From the NCBI RefSeq assembly GCF_001194135.2, contig NC_068982.1, positions 22,538,014 through 22,602,013 of the forward strand: a DNA stretch of 64,000 bases. The letters are read 5' to 3'. Made by a program: the position numbers and the translations under genes. The stretch's first letter is position 1; each line of letters begins with the position of its first letter. Below are positions 51,243 to 63,704 of this stretch, in pieces. This DNA is from Octopus bimaculoides (Eukaryota). The notes beneath the pieces are model-generated. The model ran no database searches and was not told where the DNA came from. It saw nothing but the letters and a program-made list of their open reading frames with translations.

Positions 51243-53428
51243 AGTTCATGAAGTTTGGCCATGATACATTTATTAGCATTTTATGTATCCCCCCCCCCTC
51301 CTTTACAGCAGATGAAATATTCTTTCTTCCACATCCAGTTTTCTGTTTTAAACTAGTTTCCCTTATTTAATAATTCATTTTGAAAAAAGTGAAATTTTTG
51401 CATAAAAAGGAAAAAAAAGAAAAAGCCCAAGTTGTTGATTGCAAAGTCTATTTTGATAAGCCCATTTCATAAATTGCAAAGTAGTTCTATAAAGAGCAGC
51501 TGCCTGTAAAATATCTGGCTGGTTCCTTTCCATTGTTATTATTACTTAGTAAGCTTCTCAAACCTATTTGACTTTCAAATGTCCGCAAACTTATCTAAGG
51601 TTCTTTAGACACCTATAAGGTACTGTTAATGTTTTATTACTTTCAGTTATATATATATGTAATGTCCCCCTTCTCTTAGCTTTCATTAAATTGCCATCAT
51701 TGCAATTTTTTTTTTTTGTTATAGTGATGTCACTCACTGTGATCCAAATGTAAATATTTTCAATTGTGTTGCTTGTACATTTGGATGTCTTTACTCATTT
51801 CTCTTATAACTACTGTATTAATTTAATTCCTGTTAGTCGTAATGTAGAAAATTGAGTATTTTTAGTTTTATAAAGTTTTCCTGTTTGTTTTGTTTTTACT
51901 TTGGCAATTTGTAAGTGATCAGAAGTGAAATATGTACATAAATATCTCAAAGCAGCACTAACAGTTAATTTCCAGATTTTCTACGTTGTGTCTGTGTGAT
52001 GATTTGGCCTTACTGGCTCCTTCGTCTTTTTTTTTTGTCCCCCCTTCCCTTAGGAAAAAGCTCCACTCCCTAACCCCTTTCTTTAAAAAAATATCATAGC
52101 TAATAATTGTCATGGCCACAACATGGTCTTGCATTGGAATTCTGCTTCTATTTTCTCCTGTTTCTTTTTGATGTTTACTTGGGTTCTGATTTTGTTAGCA
52201 AATATTTAGTAGGTATTGTATGATATGTGTGTGTGTGTATGCTTCATACCTATTATTCACTGATCACCTATCAGCTCAGTCATTCCACACCTTAAATAAA
52301 GGGGATTGTTGATTGTTCTCATATTCCTAATATTTATTGATGACAGTCAAGTCTTTTTCCTTGACAGAGTTGTATATGCAAAATATGGTAAAACTGTATT
52401 GCTCCTAGTGTCCTAAAAAAAACTTTCCCCTCCTTCTCATGATTTGATTAACGCTAAATATGAAGGTAGCTGAATATCACTTTCCTCTAAGAAAAACATT
52501 TTCAGAACCCTGGTACGTAATTTGGATTTCATTTTCTTGAGAATGCTCTATGCAATGTTTTGTATTTAATCGTTGGATTCTAAATAGCATTTGGAACATA
52601 AGCTAGCTAAGTTAATCTTGGTAACATTGCCATGCAACATTATTTTGACAGTAACTTATTTATTTTAAAAAGGGAATTTTTGATAGTATTGAAAAACCTT
52701 ATAAGGAAAAAAAGTGGGTCAAATATATTTTTTAATAGTTTTCTCTTGTGTGTGGAAGGATATATAATTATTGCAGCCGTTTGTCCAGTTTTAAAAACTG
52801 CAACTTTCGAGGTTTGTGATCTTAGCAAAAGCAAACGTCCGTGATACTGACAGAATAACTAACTAAAAAGGTTTGCAGTAAACTATTGCACTTAGGGTGA
52901 TTTTGTAAGGGTGGACCAGCTGACTGCTGTAATTTGAGAGCATCATTTTTTGTTAACTGAATTAAGCAAAGAAGTAAGCTTATCCAGTCTGTAGAAGAAT
53001 ATTAGATGTGGAAAAAAAAAAAAAGCTAAAATGAAATAAAAAAAAGGAATAAAACAAACTTTATATTTGTACTTGGTGTCCATTATTATTTTAGTTTGGA
53101 ACATATCCCCTTCACTTAGAGAATTCAGTTGTTTAGAATGTTTTCTTAGTTGCTCAGTTTTGGCAGGCAGAGAGAAGCTCCATTTCAATGTCTGCTTTGG
53201 ACACGTCTTTGAGATGGTTTTTCCTGTTAAATTCTGATGTAGTGCTTAGGAGCCCAGTTTTAAGATTGTGCCAACAGTATAAGGTGATACTTGCATGCTC
53301 ATGAACGGCTACTTGGAAGCCCTAACAAAGACGACAGATAAAATACCTCACTTCTTTCCATCCATTTTATTATATTGTTCTTCAGTGCTTGTAATACAAG
53401 TTAAACAATGAAACAAAAAAAAAAAGTA

Positions 53429-53488
53429 AATAAAAGCCAAAAAAATAAATGAATAAATAAAAATGCAACTATGAAACACTAAATAAAT
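53429..53488 (+). terminator. Cluster of AATAAA polyadenylation signals, candidate proximal end of the TIA1 3' UTR
   Basis: Several AATAAA hexamers (e.g. 53429, 53452, 53483) about 3.3 kb after the stop, with U/GU-rich sequence downstream. The sequence is A-rich, so some may be chance. Confidence 0.35.
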
Positions 53489-53940
53489 TCAGTAAATGCA
53501 GGGGAGGGGGTAGAAAGAATTGTATCTCCTTTTAAAGAGTTTGTGCGATTAAAAATGTATACGTAAGCCTTTTAAACCTTAAGTGATATTACGAGTGGTG
53601 AGGGAGTAAGAAAACAAAATAGAATGCAGCAGATATGAACGGAAATTCCGTTTAGCGTGCCTGCCTTCTACAGCAGCACACTGAGGATTAATAGATACAT
53701 TTGAAGAAGAATGAATGTTGTTATACTTTATGTTGATGCTTCTCAAAATTGTAAAAACAAACAAACAGCTCAGTGATTACCTTATCTTCACTGAACAGTA
53801 TTTGTTGTGGGAGCAACCAGATTTTGCTGCTGTATGACTATTTCATATTGGGTTCTCTCATTGCTAATTTCGTCTACTTTGTTGAGCTTATTTCTGTCCC
53901 ACGTCCGCCCCCAGATTCCTTTCCTCTCCCTTCCCTTGCC

Positions 53941-53988
53941 ATTATTATTATTATTATTACTATTACTATTATTATTATTATTATTATT
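53941..53988. repeat. (ATT)n microsatellite
   Basis: Directly visible. Confidence 0.9.
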
Positions 53989-54116
53989 AGAAAGCATATT
54001 CATTGTATATATGTATATATCTAACCTTTTGTAATCGCTAGATATGCAAATACATGTTTATACATACATGCAAATATACACACACACGCACGCACGCACG
54101 TACATATACATGTATG

Positions 54117-54157
<41 letters not shown>

Positions 54158-55408
54158 ATATATATATATATATATTTGTATGTGTGTATGATTGGAGATA
54201 TTTTATTGGCCATTTTTCTGTTGGTTGCTTTGATTNNNNNNNNNNNNNNNNNNNNNNNNNNNNNNNNNNNNNNNNNNNNNNNNNNNNNNNNNNNNNNNNN
54301 NNNNNNNNNNNNNNNNNNNNNNNNNNNNNNNNNNNNNNNNNNNNNNNNNNNNNNNNNNNNNNNNNNNNNNNNNNNNNNNNNNNNNNNNNNNNNNNNNNNN
54401 NNNNNNNNNNNNNNNNNNNNNNNNNNNNNNNNNNNNNNNNNNNNNNNNNNNNNNNNNNNNNNNNNNNNNNNNNNNNNNNNNNNNNNNNNNNNNNNNNNNN
54501 NNNNNNNNNNNNNNNNNNNNNNNNNNNNNNNNNNNNNNNNNNNNNNNNNNNNNNNNNNNNNNNNNNNNNNNNNNNNNNNNNNNNNNNNNNNNNNNNNNNN
54601 NNNNNNNNNNNNNNNNNNNNNNNNNNNNNNNNNNNNNNNNNNNNNNNNNNNNNNNNNNNNNNNNNNNNNNNNNNNNNNNNNNNNNNNNNNNNNNNNNNNN
54701 NNNNNNNNNNNNNNNNNNNNNNNNNNNNNNNNNNNNNNNNNNNNNNNNNNNNNNNNNNNNNNNNNNNTATATATATATATATATATATATATATTACACG
54801 TGTGTGTGTATGTTATGTGTAATTGTGTGTGTAGATGAGCATTTCTTTTATTGAATGAGCGCTTGGTTACACTAGAGGTGTACAGAGTTGTTTTATGCGG
54901 TATCTAGGGCTACAGCGAAAAGCCATGCCTAAGGTGTCGTGCAACCAGCCTTGTTTTACTGACTGAGTTAGCCAATGGGTAATTGCTTGTATTCCTATCT
55001 TCTGCATGCGCGAATACGTATGTTTGTGGGTATATATGTGTGTGTGTATATATATATATGTATGTATATATATAATATGTATATGTGTATATTATTATGA
55101 ATGATCTTTCATTGCTATCTCTGAAGAACAGTTAGAAAGTTATAACCCTTTTTGAGAGAGAGAGTATGTGTGTGTGTAGCATTTCGTGGGATTAAAAGAT
55201 ATTCAGAAAAAAAAAAGTCCCCTCCCCTCCAGAAAGACTGGCCACTTTGATGCCTACTGTTGGTTGGCTAAAAAAAAAAAAAAAAAAAAAAAAANNNNNN
55301 NNNNAAAAAAAAAAAAACAAAAAAAAAACAACAAAAAAACAACAAAAAACATACAAACTGAGCACGTGAGGTTTGTTTCCTCACTCATAAAAAGAAAGAA
55401 AAAAATAT

Positions 55409-55465
55409 TGTACATACCATTTAAGTTGCACTGAAATAAAACCATGTTTGAAATTATTTCGTGGT
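55409..55465 (+). terminator. Candidate distal polyadenylation site
   Basis: TGTACATA (55409), AATAAA (55435-55440), then U/GU-rich gtttgaaattatttcgtggtttt. Composition changes to CpG-richer intergenic-like DNA afterwards. Confidence 0.35.
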
Positions 55466-56524
55466 TTTAATAATACCCCAAACTTTGATTGCTTCTCAGG
55501 ACAAGTGTAGCTTTGCACTCTTGAATTTTTATACTCTCTATCGATCTATCTCTTTCTGCTAGTCATGCTTGTTCTGAATTGATTATTTTTTATTTAATTT
55601 ATTGAGGGTTGTTAAAAGAAACAAAAATGGAAAACCTGACGAGAACCCATTGTTCGAAGAGGAAGTACAGATACCGTTTTTCATTGGAGGGGCGTTGATG
55701 TTTGTTATGCTCGTTGTTATTTTACATTTTGGAACATTATCTCAATGCTGCCCAGAGCATAACAGCTGCAAACCCCTTGAATAAATTCATATATTGAACA
55801 CGAGGGCTCACATTCTGAGTTAGTGGTGGTGGTGGGGGAATCGGATAAAAGGTATACGGATCTGAACACAAAATTTAATTTGTAGTTAGTGGTTATACAA
55901 AAAAGGTGTCGACTTTTATGCTGAAAGCTGCATCGTAATATTTACTATATCCAAATTGATACTAATGTCTCGTGGTCGTTCGACTCCTAGAATTTCTTAA
56001 AAAGCAGTCTTAGTCGTAGAATATTAACGAAAATATTGCAGAGCCAGCCGTGTTAAAACTGCCCGAAGCACACGTGCATAATATAGATATGGAAGCAGTA
56101 TTCTAGTTGACAATGTTTAGATTAAGACTTGCCATAAATTCTCCAAATTCCTGTTTAATCGATTCAGAGAAATCTCAAGAATGAGTGATAATTTAGCCGA
56201 GTTGTTATTAATGGCTGTTTAATTCCTGTTTTATGAATTCCAGAAGTAAAGACTAGAAGATAAGAATGACAGCGACACTGGCATTAAACGGGTTGCTTGA
56301 AGTGGACGCTAATCTTATTACTTGAGACATTTATTTCTGTTAGTGATTGGAATTTTAATACCAACAGAAGCCATTCTTGTCTTTGATTCCTTGGGACTAA
56401 CAGGAACATTAGAATACAATATGGAGTAAAATGAATCGCTGTGTTTCGTTAAAGTTCAAATCATACCAATCCGAATTCCGCAATTAATTTATCAAGTCTG
56501 GATTAGGTTTACTAATATGCACCG

Positions 56525-56880
56525 TTTCCCAACCCCATGGTTTTGGTTTCATTCTCACTGAGTGGCAACTCTGACCACTGTCTACTGTATTTTTGGATCA
56601 ACCACATCTTTGAGTGTATTTAGTAATCGGAAACTGAAAGTAGCCCGACATATATTAGTGTTTGTATTCCTTTGTCTTGACACCACGCCATAGTTGTAAA
56701 AAGGGCGTCATCGTCACACAAGCGATGTCCTTCGTTCCCCATCTTTCATGATAAATGTCTAGCCGTTGGAAATCTTACCTCGCTTAGAAACAAGTGATAG
56801 TGGCAGAAAAAAAGCACTTCACCGCAGACATTGTCACCCATGGAAGAAGCATGGAAAAGTCATTAAAACGGTGATTATAA
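56525..56880 (+). mobile_element. Decayed composite SINE
   Basis: ccatggttttggtttcattctcactgagtggc...gtcttgacaccacgccatagttgtaaa...agcatggaaaagtcattaaaacggtgattataata. Confidence 0.5.
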
Positions 56881-57577
56881 TATCAAGGCAGTAATGCAAT
56901 GGAATGCTCATTAGTAATTAGTTCTTCACATGTATGTTCTGACGAATAGAATAAAATAAATTAGCAGCTTTCTTTCGGGGATTGATTTTATCAGTTATTC
57001 CCTGCACAATTTAGAGAGATTATTTCGCTTTGAAGTGTTGTAGTGAGTAATAACATAAATTGTTTCTTAGTAGTTTTAAATTTGAAGAGAACATTTCTTT
57101 TTACCTAGCAGCCTAAAATATCTATGCAGCCCACATATGATAATGCAAAGGACTTTTTGGATTACTAGGTTAGTACACATACCTTGAGAAGGGTCGTTCA
57201 CACTTGGGTAAATGCTATTTTTTGAATTCAATGACTATGCAATGTAAGAGTTAAATGTAGTCTTCAGTTTCACACCCAAAGATAAAACAAGTAGGACTGT
57301 ATTGTGAAGATCATGGTTTTGAAATGCACATATCCATTGGGTACTTTACTAAAAAGCTATGTACGAAGTAACTGTAAACAGCTACAATGTATAATTGTAT
57401 ATAAAAATAAAAACATTTTACAGGGATTTTCTGCTATATAAAATATATTACTTTAATCTCAGTCCTTGGACGCATTAGTTGAACTACACTTTTCTATGTT
57501 GGTGCATGTTACCGCACATTTGACATGCTCTTTGTTTGAAACGAGGTAACATTTGACGCTTGGCGCTAAAGAGGAAA

Positions 57578-57812
57578 TCACGGCGGATCCTTTTTACCAT
57601 AGGCCCAAGGCCTGAAATTTGTGGGGAGGGGTGAAGTCGATTTCATCGACCTCAGTACTTGACTGGTTCTTAATTTTATCGACCCTGAAAAGAAGAAAGG
57701 CAAAGTCGACCTCGGCGGAATTTGATTGAACTCAGAACGTAAAGTCGGATGGAATACCGTTAAGCTTTGTGTCCAGTCTGATAATGATTCTGCCAGCTCG
57801 CTGTCTTCGGCC
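57578..57812 (-). mobile_element. tRNA-derived SINE with intact CpGs
   Basis: aggcaaagtcgacctcggcggaatttg...aactcagaacgtaaag...gattctgccagctcgctgtctt. Confidence 0.85.
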
Positions 57813-60800
57813 AATTGTAATACGCACCTGTTGCTTTCATAATTTGCTGCTTGTGGAGCAATAATCTGAGATTATATATTCTAAGATAAGCCTGTTATTT
57901 CAATGAAAAGATCAAATTGAAGGCAGTTTCAACGGAAGCTTACTTTTTACTGAACAATGTTGTAAAAAGTTTTAAGCTCCTGCCAATGACAGTTTACCAC
58001 CACGAGAACTCGCTGTCTGATGTTTTGCAACGATTTTTCATTTTCCTTACCAGCTACATGAATTCTGCTTAAACCACACCTGAAAACATTGCTAGAAGAA
58101 TCTCCACATGACCGTTTGATCTGCTATAAATAGCAGGGGCATATTAAGCTAAAACAGTTTGAAACGACGTGTTGGTACAGATTTGAAAGTCCTTAATCAG
58201 AACTGAACGCATTTGAATTAGGAAAGCAACGAGCTTTTAAAAAGTTCATTTTGCAAAAATCGTTACGAGGGAAAGAAAAAGGAGATCTTCTAAAGACTCC
58301 TCACAGGAAGGCGGTTTCGGTCCTGATCATCTCATATTCTGAGCTGGTAGCGTGCAAGATAAGTGATTTGGTTATTTCTGGTTCGAGCTATATGAAGGGA
58401 AGCGGTTTTCTCGTTGTTGAAAAACTCCCCCTACAGTTTGGTAGAGAAATTCCATAGTCGACATTTGTATGAATTGTTAAATAACATACCTGCACCGATG
58501 ACAAAGTTACCTCATGTGGACAAGAGTCAACAAAACAGTTGTGTGGTGAACTGATTGATATTTCACAGCAAAGAATCTCTAGCCAAAACGTGAAACAGCA
58601 GCCACAACGAAAACATTCAACGAAGTCACGACTCCACGGGTGCCAATCTGCTAGAAATAGAATCCAAATTTTCTTCAAAGCATGCCACCGTCCCAGAAAT
58701 TGATGTATTGGGTACTGAGAGTGTTGATGGTGAATGTTTACTGCTTGAGAAAGCCTTTGATTATAACAGGTCTGATCTGGGCTACTTCAGCTTTTTTAAA
58801 AATAAAAGCGACGATAGCCTTCCGAATATCTTCCGAGAAATGGCGATCTACTATCACTGATCATAAACCGATTGTTTTATAATTTGGTTAAACTTAAGAA
58901 TATTTGTTAGAAATTGAGTTGCTGCAAAGAAGTTTATATCTTAGTTATTTGAAACATCCTTTCTTGCAAAATGTTATCAGTAACCCTCTCAGATCTAGCC
59001 CTTATGTCTAACTTTACCCTCCACATGAGCTCCTGAGCCAAAAAGGTAAATGATTGCTTATAGAGTTCAAGAGTAACAATTGCAGGCAAACTAATGGATA
59101 GAATCGGCTGCATCTTTTTCTACGTGTGCTGATTATTACTGTTTTAGCGAGAGGACGTTTAACTTATTCCCACCATAAATAGAAATACGGTGTGGTAAGG
59201 TTAATCATGAATACGCTATACAAAATGTCTTGCAGTATCCGTTCTCATTCGTTACGTTCTCGGTTTCAGTTCCAAGAAGGTCAAAATTGCTATCTAGCCT
59301 TCCGACGTTGATGAAATAAAATATCAGTTCAGGATGGTGAATTGATAGAATTGTTTTGAACATTGAACAAAATCCTTCGTGGTATTTGTTGTCTTTTACC
59401 TCCACCTGAGTGTCCACGAGCATCTAACGAAATTGAATGTTTTCTAGCCGAAAGATGGTAACGAGAATCGATCTTTGTCTCCTACCAGTAAAATACGATA
59501 GCGAACGGAATCACCAAATGTCGTTTGTGGACATGGCAGTACACAAAAGAAAAACATATATCTGCAAATTCGGGATTGAATCTTGTATTCATCTCTCATT
59601 CACTAGCATACATTATAACCTCGTATGTGATCGTTCGACCTGCTTCAAATAACCGAATCCACCACAAACTCTATCCTACTGTCCTATGAACAAACTAAAC
59701 AAGGAATAATAGTGTAAGTGAAACTGTGAATAGACATAGAAGGCATAGTTAGAACGTCTTTTATCGCTCAGGGGCCGCAGCAGATCTCGTAAAACCATGG
59801 ACCTGCACTTGAAAAGTTCATTGGAAGGACATTTTTCTACGGAAAACCTAGTTACTTATGCATTTGATATCCAAAAAAAATAATCTGCAGTCTGGCACCA
59901 CACAGTCGTAGGCGTCGCTGTCGCTGTCAGAACGCAAAGAGCCAGAATATATACCACAAGGCATCGCATCCGTCGGTGCAACAATATTGCTAATCTACAT
60001 CCCTGGATTAGTAATATCGTTGGAACATGGGATAATACGAAATGTTGATCGTCACAGAATCTTAATGCAAGGAACCCGGATAAATAACTCAGAATTCTAG
60101 CCGATGTTCAGATTATTTTTCTAAACTGCTGCCTTGCTTTTGATCCTAGATTTCGTCAATGATGGTTAAACCAGAACAAAACGATTCTCTTCTATATTTG
60201 TGGTCTTCTCAGTATAAGCAAACACTGGTTCAACCTTCGCTCGTAGAATTTTCATTTTATTTCTTCCCGGAGCTTCTACATTGTCTTAATTGATCAAATA
60301 TACATATTTGGTTGAACCAGTGAGAAAGCCTATTCATTATCAGTCCTGCCATCTTATGCAAAACAAAAACAAAAAAAAAAAGAAAGAAAAGAAGTGGGCC
60401 AGTCACAAATTAAATGTTTTTAATCACAGTCTCATTCCTTCAGAGCTGACCTAGGGTTAAACGACAACTTTGATAGAGACAGTGTGACATTGGCTAAAAG
60501 CAGGCATGACAAATTTGTCTATTTTTAAGCAATCAGACTGACGACAGATGATTGTTATATGCAATCATGTTTGGTTAATTTGCAGTTGTAGCATGTACAT
60601 TGTGTGTAACAGTAAATAACATAGTACAACCATGATAATTATTTCTGGCAGGACCCGTGGAAATTCCACGCTTAACAAAATGTTCTTATTTCTATGTTGG
60701 CGTATAACTTTTATTTTTCAGATCTTCATAACAATGTTTCATTATGCTAAAGGTTTTGCTTATGTTTTCTATTTCGCTCCGTAGTTAACTTTGATTATAT

Positions 60801-60857
60801 CGTAGCGCTCACGCACACATCAAGACAAGCAGAATAATATTATGGATAGAGATAATA

Positions 60858-61077
60858 CAGCAAGCTGGCAGGGTCATTAGCGCGCGGAGCAAAATGCTTA
60901 GCGGCATTTCGTCCGTCTTTACGTTCTGAGTTCAAATTCCGCCGAAGTCGACTTTGCTTTTTATCCTTTCGCGGTCGATAAAATAAGTACCTGCTGAGCA
61001 CTGAAGTCGATGTAATCGACTTATGACACCCCCACCCTACGAAATTGCTGGCCTTGTACCAAAATTTGAAATCAATA
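60858..61077 (+). mobile_element. tRNA-derived SINE, full length
   Basis: caagctggcagggtcattagcgcgcgg...gttctgagttcaaattccgccgaagtcgactttgc...gaaattgctggccttgtaccaaaatttgaaatcaata. Confidence 0.85.
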
Positions 61078-61199
61078 GTTTAGATAGTGTTTTAGTGCAA
61101 GCTATCTGTTTGGAAATGTACATGAACCACAAATGTAAAGGAGCCTCTACGCGACTTCAATGAAGGATACGTGGGATAATGCTAACGGGGTTACACATT

Positions 61200-61580
61200 C
61201 TATTTATCTTTTATTTGGGCTTTCAGTCACTGGACTGCGGCCATGCCGGGGTACCACATTGAAAGGTTTGGTCGAATAAATCGACTTTAATACTTATTCT
61301 ATCGGCTTATTTTGTCAGACCCTTAAGTTACGGAAAAGTTAACAAACCAACATGGTTGTCAAGCGGTGTGAATTTTGGGGCAGACACAACGTTGTACACA
61401 TGCGCGCGTTCACACACACAAACACACGGCAGGCTTCCACACAATTTCCATCTATCAAATTCACTCACAAAGCAGTGATCGGCTCGGGCCAATAGTAAGA
61501 GAAACTTGCCTAAGGTGCCACGCATTTGTACTGATCCCAGAACGAACTGGCTGCAAAGAAAGCTACTTAACCTACTTAAA
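61200..61580 (-). mobile_element. CORE-type SINE with long 3' tail
   Basis: ttcagtcactggactgcggccatgccggggtacc...ggttgtcaagcggtg...cttgcctaaggtgccacgc...agctacttaacc. Confidence 0.75.
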
Positions 61581-61939
61581 TAAATGGATGAATAAATAAA
61601 TAAAAAAAACATAAGAGAAACTTCGGTCATTCAGTGATTGAATACCCCAGCTCAAATAAGAACACAATATGCCTAAAATATTGTTCGTTTATAATTTCCA
61701 ATGGATTATATTAACTCGTATACGACGTTGAAGGAGATTCAACTTAATAGTTTAATGGCGTGTGGGTTGATATAAACAAATGTAAAAAATAGAGATGATT
61801 GTAAGGGTGAGTTGGTGTTTCGCTTAGGCCAGTCACCTTGTCTCTAGCCTTTGTTTAACTCACAAGACATCCCTAATTGACGCGACCAGCTAAAGTCTGA
61901 TTATATTCTACAAACTTATCAACACTAATTTACGGGTGT

Positions 61940-62305
61940 AAGGCGGCGAGCTGGCGCCGAGGTCGACTTTGCCTTTCATCCTTTCGGGGTCGATAAGTTA
62001 AGCACCAGTTACTCACTGGGGTCGATGTAATCGACTTAATCCCATTGTCTGTCCTTGTTTGTCCCCTCTATGTTTAGCCCCCCTGTGGGCAATAAAGAAA
62101 TAAGAAGCGTTAGCTCGCCGGGCGAAATGTTTACCAGTATTTCGTCTGTCTTTACGTTCTGAGTTCAAATGCCGCCGGGGTTGACTTTGCCTTTCATCTT
62201 TTCGGGGTCGACAAATTAAGTACCAGTTGCATACTGGGGTCGATCTAATCGACTAACCCCCTCCCTAAAAATTTAGAGCCTTGTGCCTAGACTAGAAAAG
62301 AATAT
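61940..62305 (+). mobile_element. Two abutting or nested tRNA-derived SINE copies
   Basis: aaggcggcgagctggc + core + ...gtgggcaataaagaaataag, then aagcgttagctcgccgggcgaaatg + core + ...ccttgtgcctagactagaaaagaatatt. Confidence 0.85.
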
Positions 62306-62450
62306 TTTACTTGTGTGCGTGTGTGTGTACACTCGTAATTATGTAATTATATGCTTAGGTATGTATGGATAAAAAAGAAATGAAATCCCATACGAGAGTA
62401 TTTTAGAAAATCAAAAATGATCAACTCGATTATGGCTGAGGGTCAGCAGT

Positions 62451-63075
62451 TTACTCAAAGTAGCCACCCTCAGTCTCCAGTATGGCCTCAAGACAGCTCG
62501 GAAACCTGGCGCATGCTTTTCTCGCTGTATCCTTGGGAAGACCTTCGAACACATCCTTGGTCTTGGTCACCAGCTCGGCCTTGGTGTTACAGGCAGACCG
62601 GTTGGTGTCTTTCTCAGCCGCGCCCTACACATAGTAACCCAGGAGGTTTGTAATGAGGAGGAGGGGAACGGGCAATTAGAAGGCCAGAAATAGAGGTTGG
62701 TGAAGTTGTAGAAATTCTTCGATAACAGCTTCTGACTATTTCCGCAAGTATGGCAAGGAGCCGAATCATGCTGCCACACAGCCTTCCTGTAGCAACTCTC
62801 TCCAGCCGGGATTTGACCATCGTCTCCAGCAGCTTCAAAAACGCGTTTACATTGAGTCTGCATCCCTGTTCAAAGATGTGACGCGGCATGGTGTCACCGA
62901 CACTGGAGACACACATAAAAACCATCACAGTCTGGAGGAACCTGGTTTCCATAATGTGCAGCCTCTACATTGTTCACATAGCCTTGAGCAGCAGTCATAA
63001 CGTCAGTATTTTGACGCTCAGCCACAATCATCATGTCACAGGTAGCTGTACTCTAATATTCTGATGCTTCCAGTC
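62451..63075 (-). mobile_element. Degenerate, internally deleted Tc1/mariner-superfamily (maT/DD37D-like) transposase
   Basis: Minus-strand peptides TVMVFMCVSSVGDTMPRHIFEQG, VWQHDSAPCHT..SQKLLSKNFYNFT...WPSN and EAILETEGGYFE-stop (TAA at 62451-62453), split by frameshifts. Only a short N-terminal-like remnant lies at about 62950-63075. Confidence 0.85.
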
Positions 63076-63209
63076 TTATATGTCAGTTAAATTTTTCTCA
63101 ACTATAACTTCAATTGTTAAGCGTTTCAACGCCGTTGACTTTTCGTCAAAACATCAAGTTATACCTGAAAAGAGAATACGCAAAAACATCGTCAAATTCG
63201 TGCCGAACA

Positions 63210-63240
63210 CCCTGTGTGTGTGTGTGCACATGTTTATATA

Positions 63241-63272
<32 letters not shown>

Positions 63273-63280
63273 CGCATGTT

Positions 63281-63319
<39 letters not shown>

Positions 63320-63370
63320 AAATGTATATTCGTTAGTCCAACATATATATTATACATATATATATATATT

Positions 63371-63451
<81 letters not shown>

Positions 63452-63608
63452 ATGTATATGATATTTATAATATATATATAATATTCACAATATATATATA
63501 TTTATAATATATAAATATACATATTTATAATATATAAATATACATATTTACAATATATATATATATGATATTTATAATACATACATACATAAATATATAA
63601 TATTTATA

Positions 63609-63650
<42 letters not shown>
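63210..63650. repeat. Long compound (GT)n/(AT)n microsatellite and AT-rich low-complexity tract
   Basis: Directly visible. Confidence 0.95.
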
Positions 63651-63651
<1 letters not shown>

Positions 63652-63704
63652 TATAGGGCAGGGAATTGCCAATGAGTTAATAAAATTAATAATTAACAAT
63701 TATG

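Noticed and set aside
58000-60200. Possible decayed Penelope-like reverse transcriptase (VKYDSERNHQMSFVDMAVHK, EGIVRTSF)
   Set aside because: Only two weak motif resemblances, with no clear YVDD or GIY-YIG motif. An HMM search would be needed, so it is not called as a feature.
676-63481. Most ORFs in the supplied six-frame track (60-140 aa) and the long X-containing ORFs
   Set aside because: They are low-complexity translations of microsatellites, poly-A/T, N-gaps or SINEs with no recognisable domains. Only the parts overlapping TIA1 exons or transposon relics are meaningful.
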